This document shows, piece after piece, positions 28,358-38,826 of a stretch of DNA of 64,000 bases (positions are counted from its first letter, which is position 1; each line of letters begins with the position of its first letter). The translations under genes were made by a program, and so were the position numbers. The notes below the pieces were generated by a model. The model was not told the origin of the DNA, did not search any database, and worked only from the letters and a program-made list of their open reading frames with translations. Origin of the DNA: Candidatus Bathyarchaeia archaeon (GTDB taxonomy: Archaea > Thermoproteota > Bathyarchaeia > Bathyarchaeales > Bathycorpusculaceae); assembly GCA_038883795.1 (NCBI GenBank), contig JAVZLK010000002.1:1-64000 (forward strand), in the 5' to 3' direction.

Positions 28358-29647
28358 TTACACTTCTATTGTTGCTATGCCTAAGACATCATTCAGCCTT
28401 CTCAATTGTTCTCTATAATCGCCGTAAACCATGACGTGATGATTTCCAGAAGTTTTGTGGATAAACTCTCTTGGATTGACAACTTTCACTTTAACAGTTA
28501 CTCTGCAGTATTCCTCAGCATCAACATCCGCACAATCTATAATCGTGCCTCTCGCAATTATCATGCTTTTCAAGTCTCCACTTAAACGGCATACGGTAAC
28601 CTCTTGTCCCTTATTCATTTCCACGAAGGCTGTTAGGCTTCCAGTAAACTTTTCTCTATGATACCGCCTTAACCTATAAGGCGCAGCATCTACACTATAT
28701 CCTCCCATTTTTCGTGGGCATACGCAATGGCTTAGGATTAATGTGTCATCTTTGACGTCAACGAAAGTGTTGCCCATGAAACAGGGCTTGTTTGCTAAAT
28801 AATGAAGAATTACCATCGACAGAAGCGAAATTATGTCTGCCTCGCATGCTGCTGGAAAACCCTCATCTCTTAAATTGGTGTAAGCGAAACATGGAACTGG
28901 TAGGGGATTGTCTCCATAAGCCATCGTTAATGCCTGCGCGTTTTTCTCTTTCAGCAAATCCTTCATGACCAAGTAAAGTTTTGCAACGCTAACTAAGTCC
29001 TTTTCTTCTGGTTCAACAACCCTTTCCGCCTCTTTCACCCATTTCCCCACTAAAGGTTTAACACGTTTTTCATCCATGTTTTGCCACCTTCGAATAACCT
29101 CTTCACTTTCCACAGATTCCAGCCTTATACCAAGCTTTTCTCTGATGGCTTTGCTACCTCCATGAACACGGCACAGGAATCGTTGCCAATGGGGATATTC
29201 GGCGTTTAAAATCAGTATTTTTGTTTGTTCCATCTTTTTCTTTGCTTGTAAAGCTCCTAAAATATTGTTTAGGTCTTTATAGTCAACGGCGACCCAAACC
29301 TTTTCTTTAGGATAAATGTATTCTAAAGCGTCTAGAGGATTGTTCACCATTCCCTCATCATTGAAAAGAATTGTTGGAAGACCATACTCAGAAATTTTTA
29401 TTATACAATCGCCCAAGCCTAGATGAGGCTTGTAAAGGAGAATCACATCCGCCCTCGCCAAATGCTCCTTTAAGATTGGAACATCCTTTTCTTCATTAAT
29501 AACTATGTGCTCTAAGAGTTGAACATTATTTTTCAGATTTTCTCTTAATCGCTTTATTTTCTTCTCCATGAAATTTTCTTCAACTTGGCCCTTCCTACAT
29601 ACTAAAACTGGAAGAATCCTAAAAGGCTCCAAATTTGACTTCTCCAT
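28358..29647 (-). CDS. L-fucose/L-arabinose isomerase-like protein
   Basis: PVPCFAY..L.DEG.PAACEAD, LSHCVCP, VTVCRL, CRV, GNHHVMVYGD. Confidence 0.7.
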   Translation of the reverse strand: MEKSNLEPFRILPVLVCRKGQVEENFMEKKIKRLRENLKNNVQLLEHIVINEEKDVPILKEHLARADVILLYKPHLGLGDCIIKISEYGLPTILFNDEGMVNNPLDALEYIYPKEKVWVAVDYKDLNNILGALQAKKKMEQTKILILNAEYPHWQRFLCRVHGGSKAIREKLGIRLESVESEEVIRRWQNMDEKRVKPLVGKWVKEAERVVEPEEKDLVSVAKLYLVMKDLLKEKNAQALTMAYGDNPLPVPCFAYTNLRDEGFPAACEADIISLLSMVILHYLANKPCFMGNTFVDVKDDTLILSHCVCPRKMGGYSVDAAPYRLRRYHREKFTGSLTAFVEMNKGQEVTVCRLSGDLKSMIIARGTIIDCADVDAEEYCRVTVKVKVVNPREFIHKTSGNHHVMVYGDYREQLRRLNDVLGIATIEV

Positions 29648-29668
29648 TTGCTCTACATTATCTTTTAC

Positions 29669-30337
29669 TTATAAATAATATTGCTCTAAGTTGCCTTTCC
29701 AATTTTCATACTTATATTCAGGAAGCTCCTTTACGCGGCAAATGGGTTTAGCTATTATCTCTCTAACCTCAAACTCTTTGAAGAAGCTTCCGCTGTAGGT
29801 AGTTTTCACGACTAAGGCAGTGTCTAATCCTTTATATGTGCCTGCACAAGAAACGATTTCTTCTCCAGCGTCAACTTCTCCCGCGTCTGTTGCCATGACA
29901 GCAGCTTCTATGGCTATTTTTGTTCCTGCACCAAATATTTCTAATGTTTTGTCGATTATACCTTCTGGGGTTGGATATTCCCAGTTTATTGAGCGAGTTG
30001 GAGGCGCAAAGGGTCTTGTTCCCTGAACGATTCTTACTCCGTTTTCTTCAAGTCTCCTCAGCGTTTCTGCGTATTCTTTTCGCTTTAACCCTATGAGTAT
30101 GTCTCCTTTTGGACCCCATGTTTTGGCTGGATAGTGGGTTACAACAATCAATTTGATTTTTGTCCCCTTAAACACTGTAAGCGCTTTCATGGCGCTTTTT
30201 CCAGTTTCCGAGGCAATAACCACCTTGTTTATTCCCGTTTCTTCGCATCTCGATTTTGCTTTTTGCAAAACTTTTCCCGTATTCGCTTCGCCACAATATC
30301 GAAAATAGGTGATTATTTTTTCAACAGCATCTTCCAT
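29669..30337 (-). CDS. Pyruvate kinase C-terminal-like domain protein (COG1751)
   Basis: ITYF...G..NT, VIASETG.SA, VVTH, G.K.AIE..VMATDAG, G.DTA. Confidence 0.8.
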   Translation of the reverse strand: MEDAVEKIITYFRYCGEANTGKVLQKAKSRCEETGINKVVIASETGKSAMKALTVFKGTKIKLIVVTHYPAKTWGPKGDILIGLKRKEYAETLRRLEENGVRIVQGTRPFAPPTRSINWEYPTPEGIIDKTLEIFGAGTKIAIEAAVMATDAGEVDAGEEIVSCAGTYKGLDTALVVKTTYSGSFFKEFEVREIIAKPICRVKELPEYKYENWKGNLEQYYL

Positions 30338-30396
30338 TCCAATCACCATAGAGCTAAATACTCACACTTTCTATAACACTCTAAGGCTAGAGTGAA

Positions 30397-30981
30397 ATGA
30401 TAAACCTTTACATCAAAGAAAAGGAAAGCGTCTGGTTTGGGGTTGCCTTTGAAAACGAAAAGATTTTTGCTACTGCGTTTGCTTTCAACCAGCAAAGGGC
30501 TCTGCAAAGTCTTTTGAGAAGCATTCCATTTAATGTCCCCTTCCAACAGTTAGAAATGCCCTTAGATTTTGCTGAGCGTGTCGTGGCTGTTTTAAAGGAT
30601 ATTTATGATGGTAAAGATGTTTCAGTTAATTTCTCTTTAGCCACAAACCACTTGCCAAACTATACTAGACGAGTCATTGAAGCCACAATCTTAATTCCAA
30701 CGGGATACGTAACCTCTTATGGAGCAATCGCAAAAGCAGTAAGCGGAAGCCCAAGGGCTGTTGGTAATGTTATGGCTATGAACCCCTTTGCGCCGCTTGT
30801 TCCATGCCATAGAGTTGTCTGCTCAGACTTTACTTTAGGTGGGTACGGCGGCGGCTTAAACCTTAAACTTCAAATCTTAAGGCGGGAGAGGAGAGGCTAC
30901 ACTTCTAAAAAAGAAATCTCTTTGAACGGCGGAAAACTGCTACTGTTCCCCGTTGAGTTTGTGTTAAATAGGATTAAGTAA
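30397..30981 (+). CDS. ogt: O6-methylguanine-DNA methyltransferase
   Basis: IP.G...SYG, PRAVG, NP...VPCHRVV, GGY. Confidence 0.92.
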   Translation: MINLYIKEKESVWFGVAFENEKIFATAFAFNQQRALQSLLRSIPFNVPFQQLEMPLDFAERVVAVLKDIYDGKDVSVNFSLATNHLPNYTRRVIEATILIPTGYVTSYGAIAKAVSGSPRAVGNVMAMNPFAPLVPCHRVVCSDFTLGGYGGGLNLKLQILRRERRGYTSKKEISLNGGKLLLFPVEFVLNRIK

Positions 30982-31750
30982 AAGCCTTCAAATTCTTCCC
31001 AACTTCATCAAGGTTTTTCATGCCAATAACCATCGCATCAACAAAGCCAAGACTGGCAACAGCCTTTATCACTTTTTCAGGATTTCTAACAAGCGAAGGA
31101 AGTCCATTCCCCAAAACCTTCATTGCAATTGTTCCTTTTCCATTCCTGTGCGCCATTTTGAGAGCTTTAAACATTTCATCCATTGTACCGTCTTCGAGAG
31201 GTATGTATCTTGGAAATTTGTCAATTGTGGCTTGGCTGATTTTAGTGCAAACCGCCAATAAAACATCCAAATCTTCAAAATTAGCTGCTTCTTCTGCGAC
31301 TTTAACACTGTGAGTGGATATTCCAACAGCCCTAACAACTTCACTGGTTTTTAACTCTTCCATTTCTCTTAACGTTTGATGGCAACCATCAATCCAGTCA
31401 GATTTAACGTAATGTAATAAGAAAATGTCCATGTAGTCGGTCTGAAGTTCTTTGAGAGAATTTTTAAGGCTTTTTTGGGCTTCTTTGCCGCTTTTGGCAT
31501 AAGTTTTAGTGCATATTACAACCTCCCTTCTTGGTATTTGTTTTAAGGCTGAGGCAATATGTGGATGGCTTCCATAATCGTCTGACGTGTCCCAAAAGTT
31601 TATTCCCAACTTGAAGGCTTCAACCAGGATTCGGGCTCCTTCTTCAATTCCTATGTTAAGCGATGGCACTCCAAAATCGAATGTTCCAAAACCAATCTTA
31701 GAAATCTTTAACCCTGTTCTTCCAAGGTTTACTAATGGAATGTTTTGCAT
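30974..31750 (-). CDS. Aldo/keto reductase
   Basis: LGRTGLKIS.IGFG, FWDTSDDYG, ICTK, SLKELQTDY.D...LH, GISTH. Confidence 0.9.
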   Translation of the reverse strand: MQNIPLVNLGRTGLKISKIGFGTFDFGVPSLNIGIEEGARILVEAFKLGINFWDTSDDYGSHPHIASALKQIPRREVVICTKTYAKSGKEAQKSLKNSLKELQTDYMDIFLLHYVKSDWIDGCHQTLREMEELKTSEVVRAVGISTHSVKVAEEAANFEDLDVLLAVCTKISQATIDKFPRYIPLEDGTMDEMFKALKMAHRNGKGTIAMKVLGNGLPSLVRNPEKVIKAVASLGFVDAMVIGMKNLDEVGKNLKAFT

Positions 31751-32550
31751 TATGCCACACTAATAATAACTTTTAAAAAGCCAGTTTCCCTTAAAACTTG
31801 CAGTATTTCGGCATCTGCTTTCTGCATGGGTTGAGTGGCTGTTTTGTGTTGTATATGGTTTGAATAGCGATAGGTTGGTTTTTGATTGGAATATTTTTGG
31901 TAATATCCCTCTTTTGCGAGCGCATCATTCATATGCTCTAAAAACATTTTTATCTCTTCATCTGAAGGGTCTCGATAACCATCTACATGAAAAATTGTTG
32001 AGATGGGCAATCTTGGTCTTGTTGGAGGCTCTTCTTCTGGATAACCAATGCAAAGAAGTGTTAAGGGCAAAACACCTTCTGGCAACTTCAAGACACTTAT
32101 GACCTCCTTGTTTGCAAGCGCCCCGCCAAGATAAACAGAGCCTAAACCTAAACATTCAGCAGCCAACGTCATATTTTCCGCCACAAGAGCAGCGTCAATT
32201 ATACTCATCAACTTGATGGCGTAACCACCATCTTGTTTGAGGCAATGGTCCGCTTTTAAATAATCAAGTGTTCTGCGTAATCTGCGGAAATCAGCGCAAA
32301 TCACAAAAACCACAGGCACATTTCTCATTTGCTTTGAAGCCCAACAAGCATCCAAGATTTTTTCCTTAATTTCCGCATCTTTAACCCAGATAATAGAGTA
32401 TGTTTGGAGATTGCATGCGCTTGGAGCTCGCTGACCCGTTTCAACAATTTTGTGTATAGTCTCTTCCGAGATTGGTTTGGAGCTGAATTTTCTTATGCTT
32501 CGCCTGTTGAAAAATATGTTTAACAATTTTGATTCGGCATTTTTCGTCAT
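31750..32550 (-). CDS. Nitroreductase (NfsA/FRP-like)
   Basis: RRSIRKF, APSACNLQ, AAECLGLGSVYLG, L.IGYP, RPRLP. Confidence 0.9.
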   Translation of the reverse strand: MTKNAESKLLNIFFNRRSIRKFSSKPISEETIHKIVETGQRAPSACNLQTYSIIWVKDAEIKEKILDACWASKQMRNVPVVFVICADFRRLRRTLDYLKADHCLKQDGGYAIKLMSIIDAALVAENMTLAAECLGLGSVYLGGALANKEVISVLKLPEGVLPLTLLCIGYPEEEPPTRPRLPISTIFHVDGYRDPSDEEIKMFLEHMNDALAKEGYYQKYSNQKPTYRYSNHIQHKTATQPMQKADAEILQVLRETGFLKVIISVA

Positions 32551-32672
32551 ATGGCATACCGTTTAAGCCTAAGCTTCACTGTTGGAATATATGTTTTGCT
32601 TTTCCGTGCTTTATAGCGATTTTATCGTAAATGATAAATGTAGGGTGGATACACCAAAGAGCGAGGGATTTG

Positions 32673-33197
32673 ATGGTTAAACGTGGACTTTATGTTGGAC
32701 GTTTTCAACCTTTCCATTTGGGACATCTTGGCGCAATAAAAGACATCTTAAAGGAAGTTGATGAACTTGTTATTGTTATTGGCAGTGCTCAATACAGCCA
32801 CCGCATTGACAACCCATTCACTGCTGGTGAACGGCTGATTATGATTCGCAAGGCTTTGGAAGAAGCAAAAATAGACCATTCAAGGGTTTGGATTGTGCCC
32901 GTGCCAGATGTGCACTTACACATGATGTGGGTTGCCGCAGTGGAAGGCTATACCCCACCTTTTGAAGTTGTTTATTCTAATGAACCCTTAACCCGTCGAC
33001 TTTTCCTTGAAGCCAAATATAAGGTTAAACCCATACGTTTCCATGAAAGAAAACTTTATTCATCAACTGAAATTAGGGCGAGAATGCTGAAAGACGAGAG
33101 TTGGGAGAAACTTGTTCCAAAAAGTGTTGCCGCTTTCATAAAAGAGATAGACGGAATTAACAGACTTAAAGATTTAACTAAAAGCGATAAAGTTTAA
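32673..33197 (+). CDS. nadM: Nicotinamide-nucleotide adenylyltransferase (archaeal)
   Basis: GRFQPFHLGH, GSAQYSH, NPFTAGER, SSTEIR. Confidence 0.93.
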   Translation: MVKRGLYVGRFQPFHLGHLGAIKDILKEVDELVIVIGSAQYSHRIDNPFTAGERLIMIRKALEEAKIDHSRVWIVPVPDVHLHMMWVAAVEGYTPPFEVVYSNEPLTRRLFLEAKYKVKPIRFHERKLYSSTEIRARMLKDESWEKLVPKSVAAFIKEIDGINRLKDLTKSDKV

Positions 33198-33259
33198 CTT
33201 TTCTTCTTGACTTTCTGCGGTAACGATACTTTTTGGCTGTGGAAAAATAAACTTCAAAA

Positions 33260-34228
33260 TTAAGCTTTAAGGTATTGACCTATGCCTTTTTCCTTTGCTC
33301 GTTTGTAAGCGTGCAATGCAACACTCGCATCTTCTACGCCCATTCCTATAGATATAAACAGTATTTTCTCTAGGTCACTTTCCCTTCCCTTCTTTTTACC
33401 TGCAACAATGTCAGCTATTTCTGCGTAAACATCTTTTCGTTTAGTATTTGTTTTCCTAATTTCTGGTACTCTGCTGCTGACGTATTCCCAAGAATCAACG
33501 ACTAGCTTATCAACCATTTTGGGTATGTCAAGGTCAATTTCTTGATAAGATCCAACTTTAGCGATAAACATTCCTGGTTCAATCCACTCTTTTTTAACTA
33601 GTGGTTCATTTCCCGTTGTAGCTGTTACGACGATATCAACACCTCTTACTGCTTGCTCGTTATCGTCCGCAGGCGTGATGTCTAATCCGAGTTTTTCACC
33701 CATCTCTTTAGCAAATTGATTTTGATATTCCCTTGAAACGTCCGCAATCCATACACTTTTAAGTTTAAATATCTCATTAAGTGCCATTAAATGACTTTTA
33801 CCTTGAACCCCTGCTCCGAATATCCCAACAATCTCCGAATCCCGCTTAGCCAGATACTTTGCAGCCACAGCCGTTGTAGCTGCAGTTCTTATTGCGGTAA
33901 TCCATGTGCCATCCATTATTGCGAAGGGCACGCCTGTATCAGGTTTATTCAAAACTATGGTTGCTGTTATGGTTGGCAATCCACGCTTTCTGTTTTCTGG
34001 GAAGAAACTAAAAATTTTAGTAGCAGAAACGTTCATTGGTTCATCTACAAAAGCGATCATTGGCTTTATGAAACCATGGTACTTATCTAGTTCAAGGTAG
34101 ATCTTTGGAGGTTGTATTGCTTTTCCTTGACCTAATAATTTAATACCTTCTTCTACAACTTCAACGGCTTCCTTTACTGTCACACATTTCATAACATCTT
34201 CCTGTGCTAAGTATAAAATTTGACTCAT
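33260..34228 (-). CDS. Ornithine cyclodeaminase / mu-crystallin family (archaeal alanine dehydrogenase-like)
   Basis: N...GLPT, ITAIRTAA, GAGVQG, GRES, S.GMGVED. Confidence 0.85.
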   Translation of the reverse strand: MSQILYLAQEDVMKCVTVKEAVEVVEEGIKLLGQGKAIQPPKIYLELDKYHGFIKPMIAFVDEPMNVSATKIFSFFPENRKRGLPTITATIVLNKPDTGVPFAIMDGTWITAIRTAATTAVAAKYLAKRDSEIVGIFGAGVQGKSHLMALNEIFKLKSVWIADVSREYQNQFAKEMGEKLGLDITPADDNEQAVRGVDIVVTATTGNEPLVKKEWIEPGMFIAKVGSYQEIDLDIPKMVDKLVVDSWEYVSSRVPEIRKTNTKRKDVYAEIADIVAGKKKGRESDLEKILFISIGMGVEDASVALHAYKRAKEKGIGQYLKA

Positions 34229-34472
34229 TTTTTCTCACCTGCTTATTAAAGAGAATTTGATAGTAAAGGCTATAATTAATAAGTTTTTAGCTTTGGCTCT
34301 CATTATCTTATGAATTTTCAAAGATTGTGGCTTTCAATGACAGCTAAGAGCTTTTTTGCTTCACACTTCCGCATAAACTTTGAAAAAGTTTCAATTGAGC
34401 AAGGCATAACTTTCTTATAAACATTTAACGCTACAAAATTATTGTCTTTCAAAAGCCAAGGGAGTTTCAAAA

Positions 34473-35342
34473 GTGAAGGTCAGCAAAAACTTTTCAGCAA
34501 AAAGCGTGGCTTTAATTGTTTGCTTTACAGGTCTCTACACAATTTCTGGCTTCGTATCCCTTTCTCCAATAATTGGTTTGCCGGGCAAAACCATAACGGC
34601 AGCTGCAATAATGGCACCCGTGATCGGCATAATCCTTGGACCATATATAGGCGCAGTATCCACGGTTTTAGGCGGAATTATTCCCTTTTTTACTGGCGCT
34701 TTTTCTCCTCCAAGTTTAGTTTCTGGTACTGTTACAACTTTTTGTTCCGGCATGCTTTGTCTTCAAAAGCGAAGCCTCTGCATCTTTACTTATTTCTCAT
34801 TGCTGTTTCTTTTTGGTTTCTACCCTTTTGTTGGTCCTTTTTGGCTTTATCCTCCATTAATGTGGTTTCAAATAGTTGGTTTTCTCCTTCTCATTTCGCC
34901 ATTACAATCCAAAGCCGTCAAAAATTTGAACTCTGAGAGCGTTTCGAAACTTTTTCAAACTTTTTTCATAACTCTCCTTACATCAACTTTGGCTGGCCAA
35001 ATCGCTGGTTCTTTAGTTTTTGAAGTTCTTGCTTGGCCTGTTTTTATGGCAGATTTGAATGGTTGGAGGGCCACGTGGCAATTTTTAACATTCATTTACC
35101 CTGTTGAACGGATACTTATCGCATTAATGGGAACGTTTATTGGGATAACTTTACACAAAATTCTAAAGTCTGCAAATTTAAATTTCCTTCTTAATTCTTC
35201 GCTTGGCAAGAAAGGTGCCCATGAAAATGCACTCTTTCGATGGTATGGTCATTTCTGCAGAACCGTAAACGCCATTATTAAAGTCCACAATAGCACCCCT
35301 AATAATCACCAGAGGAGTTTTTTCGGCCGCTTCTCCCATTAG
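34473..35342 (+). CDS. Integral membrane protein, ECF S-component-like
   Basis: Multiple TM helices; AP..GI.LGP..G motif and late YPVER; 3' end overlaps cofE by 165 nt. Confidence 0.6.
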   Translation: MKVSKNFSAKSVALIVCFTGLYTISGFVSLSPIIGLPGKTITAAAIMAPVIGIILGPYIGAVSTVLGGIIPFFTGAFSPPSLVSGTVTTFCSGMLCLQKRSLCIFTYFSLLFLFGFYPFVGPFWLYPPLMWFQIVGFLLLISPLQSKAVKNLNSESVSKLFQTFFITLLTSTLAGQIAGSLVFEVLAWPVFMADLNGWRATWQFLTFIYPVERILIALMGTFIGITLHKILKSANLNFLLNSSLGKKGAHENALFRWYGHFCRTVNAIIKVHNSTPNNHQRSFFGRFSH

Positions 35343-35960
35343 AAAATGTGCTGCAGAAGCCAAATCATCAGCCACCGCATGTTGCGTGATGATTATCCGC
35401 TTTTCGTAAATGTCCTTTTCTCCTCTTCTATCTTTTATTGGTTTGAAACCGGCCACCGCCAAAGCCAAACCAACAGTACCCTTTCTAAGCGGTGCTAAAC
35501 CGCTGTCAACAATTAAAACACCCACACGCTTACCCGTCTTATTTTTAATTTCATCTCTTACGTATCTTGCCCATTTTTGAGGGTTGCTTGACCACAAAAC
35601 TACATGATCTATGGGAGCATTTTTGTTGTCTATTCCCGCATTAGCGGTTAAAATTCCATTTTTAAGTGTCAAAACAGCCTTTTCAACCCCTCCATAAATT
35701 TTGTCCGCTTCCCTTAAAATTAGCTCTGCGAAAGGTGGTTGCAGAGAAAAGCGTTTCGCTAACTCTTTTGCTTTTTCTGAGGGTTTAATTTCGCTCAATT
35801 TCACGAGGCGATTTTCTGCATAAGCAACAACCTTCGATGTTAAAGCTATTATGTCTTTGTCCTCAAGCTCTAAACCTTGTCTCTTTATAGCGTCAAGAAT
35901 AAACTCCACCAAGTTATCGCCAATACTGATAACCTTTGTTTTAACGGCATAAAGCCTCAA
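35178..35960 (-). CDS. cofE: Coenzyme F420:L-glutamate ligase family
   Basis: SKVVAYAE, ANAGID..N, I.DS...PLR.G..G.A, D.RG..D, ADDLASAA..MGE. Confidence 0.85.
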   Translation of the reverse strand: MRLYAVKTKVISIGDNLVEFILDAIKRQGLELEDKDIIALTSKVVAYAENRLVKLSEIKPSEKAKELAKRFSLQPPFAELILREADKIYGGVEKAVLTLKNGILTANAGIDNKNAPIDHVVLWSSNPQKWARYVRDEIKNKTGKRVGVLIVDSGLAPLRKGTVGLALAVAGFKPIKDRRGEKDIYEKRIIITQHAVADDLASAAHFLMGEAAEKTPLVIIRGAIVDFNNGVYGSAEMTIPSKECIFMGTFLAKRRIKKEI

Positions 35961-35965
35961 TCACT

Positions 35966-36250
35966 TCATCCTCCATGAATTATTGGAACAAGAACAATTT
36001 CATCTCCGTCCTTAACCAACGTTTCTAAACCAGTTAGGACGCTGATTTCCTTTCCATTCACAAGTATTAACGCATTAGGTCTTGGATCCTCAAGCTCAGG
36101 GTCAATAAGCGTCTGTTTGAGGGCGGGAATCTTTTCAACAGTTTTCTTTACAACTTCCTTTAACGGCATGGTTCCCTTAATTTTGATGGCGATTTTTCTT
36201 CTTCCCGATATGGTGCGGAAAGCGCCAATAAAATTAACATTTACAGCCAT
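35966..36250 (-). CDS. MoaD/ThiS/SAMP ubiquitin-like protein
   Basis: ILVNG, L.DGDEI..VP.IHGG with C-terminal GG. Confidence 0.88.
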   Translation of the reverse strand: MAVNVNFIGAFRTISGRRKIAIKIKGTMPLKEVVKKTVEKIPALKQTLIDPELEDPRPNALILVNGKEISVLTGLETLVKDGDEIVLVPIIHGG

Positions 36251-36265
36251 AAAGGTTCCTCGTCC

Positions 36266-37642
36266 CTACAACACTATAATCACCGAAATGTCGTTTACAT
36301 TCGTGCCTGTGGGACCTGTAAAAATGAGGTCTTCAAGTTTTGAGAAAAAATTGTAGGAGTTATTTTCAGCAAGAAACTCCTCTGGAACTAATTCCTCTTT
36401 TGCTGCTCTTATCAATGTTTTCCCATCAACTATGGCTCCTGCAGCATCCGTTGGACCATCAACACCGTCAGTGCTTATAGAAGCCAGAACCACACCATCC
36501 ATACTTTTCATTTTTATTGCCGCTGCCAATGCTATTTCTTGATTTCTTCCCCCTTTACCTTTTCCAGTGATCGTTACGGTTGTTTCTCCTCCAGCGATTA
36601 TGCCCGCTAGTTTTGGTATGGGATTTCCTGAGACAGAAACTTCGCGAGCTATTGAGGCTAGTATGGTTCCAACATGTCTGGCTTCTCCTTCCAACGTCGC
36701 TGTCAACAAAAGCGTGTTTAACCTTTCTGATTTGAGGTGGTTTTGGGCAGCTTGGCTTGCAAGCCGATTATTTCCAATAACCACGTTGAAAACTTTGCTA
36801 AATGCTTCGTCATCGACTTTCGGTGTTTCTGGAATTTTGCCCGCTTCCCCATCTAAGAGAACCTTTCGGATGGATGCTGGAGCCCTTTCCCACAGTCCAT
36901 ATTTTTTCAAAACTTTTATGGCGTCGCTGAAAGTTGTGGAATCTGGAACTGTTGGACCTGAGGCAATAAAATCTAGTGGGTCGCCAACCACATCTGAGAG
37001 AATAAGGTTTAGAATTGTGGCTGGATAAGCCTTCTTTGCAAGCCAGCCTCCCTTAAAATCTGATATGTGCTTTCGGACAGTGTTAATCTCGTTTATTGTT
37101 GCACCACATTTTAACAAAGCATCAGTTATTTCCCTTTTATCGTCGATGGTTATTTCGCCGCGGGGCAAAGGCATAAGGCTTGAGCCTCCGCCAGAAATCA
37201 AACAAATAATTAAATCGTCTTTTTCTGCCTTTTTCGCTATTTCGAGCATCTGCCGAGTTCCTTTCACGCCTGAATCGTCTGGAATTGGGTGGCTTGCTTC
37301 GTGAAGCTCTATAATGTCTGTTTTGTGTTTGCTTCCATAAGGAACGTTAACAAATCCCCTTTTTATCCAGTGACCTAAAACTTGTTCTAGTGCTTCTGCC
37401 ATTGAACCGCTTGCTTTGCCACCGCCCACAACATAAACATTCCTGAACTTTTTCAAATCGAAAACATATTTATCAACGTGGAGGGTTGAGTTTTTCAATA
37501 AAACCTTTAATTTTATTATGTTTTTTGGGTCAACTGCATTCAATGCGGATTCTAGGCTTTTTAGAGCGAGTTCTCTTGCTTTCTTGTTAAGTTGTGTTTC
37601 GCCATTCTCTATGAGTTTTTCTTTATTCTTTATTTTTATCAT
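36266..37642 (-). CDS. Glycerate 2-kinase (MOFRL family)
   Basis: GGGKAS, HPIPD, LISGGGS, NTVRKH, SDVVGD, IASGPT, GGETTV, GGRNQE, TGTNVND. Confidence 0.93.
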   Translation of the reverse strand: MIKIKNKEKLIENGETQLNKKARELALKSLESALNAVDPKNIIKLKVLLKNSTLHVDKYVFDLKKFRNVYVVGGGKASGSMAEALEQVLGHWIKRGFVNVPYGSKHKTDIIELHEASHPIPDDSGVKGTRQMLEIAKKAEKDDLIICLISGGGSSLMPLPRGEITIDDKREITDALLKCGATINEINTVRKHISDFKGGWLAKKAYPATILNLILSDVVGDPLDFIASGPTVPDSTTFSDAIKVLKKYGLWERAPASIRKVLLDGEAGKIPETPKVDDEAFSKVFNVVIGNNRLASQAAQNHLKSERLNTLLLTATLEGEARHVGTILASIAREVSVSGNPIPKLAGIIAGGETTVTITGKGKGGRNQEIALAAAIKMKSMDGVVLASISTDGVDGPTDAAGAIVDGKTLIRAAKEELVPEEFLAENNSYNFFSKLEDLIFTGPTGTNVNDISVIIVL

Positions 37643-37738
37643 TTGTTTACCCTAACATGAATTTTTTATGGTTAACTGCGTAATTGTAATAAGCTAATGT
37701 TAATAAAGAATTCCACAAATCTTTGCAGGTGAACCATT

Positions 37739-38740
37739 ATGCCAAAACCAAAAGTTTATGTCACCCGTGAACTTCCAGAAAGGGGCTTGAAAATAATTAA
37801 GGAGCATTTCGACACTGAAGTTTGGCCAGAATATGCTCCGCCACCGAAAAAAGTGATTATAGAGAAGGCTAGAAATGTGGATGCTCTTGCTACGCTTTTG
37901 TCTGATAAGATAGATGCTGAAGTTTTTGATGCTGCACCAAAGCTTAAGATTATTGCTCAAATGGCTGTTGGCTTTGACAACATAGATATTCCAGAAGCCA
38001 CAAAAAGAGGCATATACGTAACGAACACACCCGAAGTTCTAACGGACACAACGGCAGACTTTGCATGGGCTTTGTTGTTGGCTGTGGCTAGGCGTGTTGT
38101 TGAAGCAGATAAGTATGTTCGCAGTGGGCAGTGGAAGGTTGGTTGGCATCCAATGATGATGCAGGGCAGAGACGTTCACGGCGCCACATTAGGCATCATT
38201 GGTGCTGGAAGAATTGGCTTTGCGGTGGCAAAAAGAGCCACAGGCTTTAACATGAGAATCCTTTTCTACGATGTTGTGCCCAGACCAGAAATGGAAAAAT
38301 TAGGCGCCAAAAAAGTTGACTTGGACACGCTTTTGAGGGAATCGGACTTTGTTAGCATTCACGTTCCTCTAATGAAAGAGACATATCACCTGATAAATGA
38401 AGAAAAACTTAAACTTATGAAGAAAACCGCTTACTTGATAAACAATTCCCGCGGACCAGTAGTTGACGAGAAAGCCTTGTATAAAGCGCTGAAAGAAGGT
38501 AGAATTGCCGGCGCAGCCCTCGACGTTTTCGAACAAGAACCAACACCTTTGGATAATCCTTTGTTAAAACTTGATAATGTAGTTGTGGCTCCCCACATAT
38601 CCAGTGCAAGCTATGAAACCCGCTCTAGAATGGCTGAGATGGTTGCAGAAAATTTGGTAGCCTTCTTTAAGGGAGAAAAACCGCCAAACCTTGTCAATCC
38701 AGAAGTAATGAAAATTAGACCATTACAAAAGCATTTTTGA
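37739..38740 (+). CDS. gyaR: Glyoxylate/hydroxypyruvate reductase
   Basis: [41 protein letters not shown]. Confidence 0.88.
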   Translation: MPKPKVYVTRELPERGLKIIKEHFDTEVWPEYAPPPKKVIIEKARNVDALATLLSDKIDAEVFDAAPKLKIIAQMAVGFDNIDIPEATKRGIYVTNTPEVLTDTTADFAWALLLAVARRVVEADKYVRSGQWKVGWHPMMMQGRDVHGATLGIIGAGRIGFAVAKRATGFNMRILFYDVVPRPEMEKLGAKKVDLDTLLRESDFVSIHVPLMKETYHLINEEKLKLMKKTAYLINNSRGPVVDEKALYKALKEGRIAGAALDVFEQEPTPLDNPLLKLDNVVVAPHISSASYETRSRMAEMVAENLVAFFKGEKPPNLVNPEVMKIRPLQKHF

Positions 38741-38826
38741 CATGAATTTTCAACCAATCTTACTGCAATAGTTAAATACCCCTTATTTTTACCTTTCTTT
38801 TTCCGTTTCCCGCATAGGTGATTTAA

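Noticed and set aside
34229-34472. Riboswitch upstream of the ECF S-component-like gene
   Set aside because: AT-rich with no recognisable TPP, FMN or cobalamin aptamer consensus.
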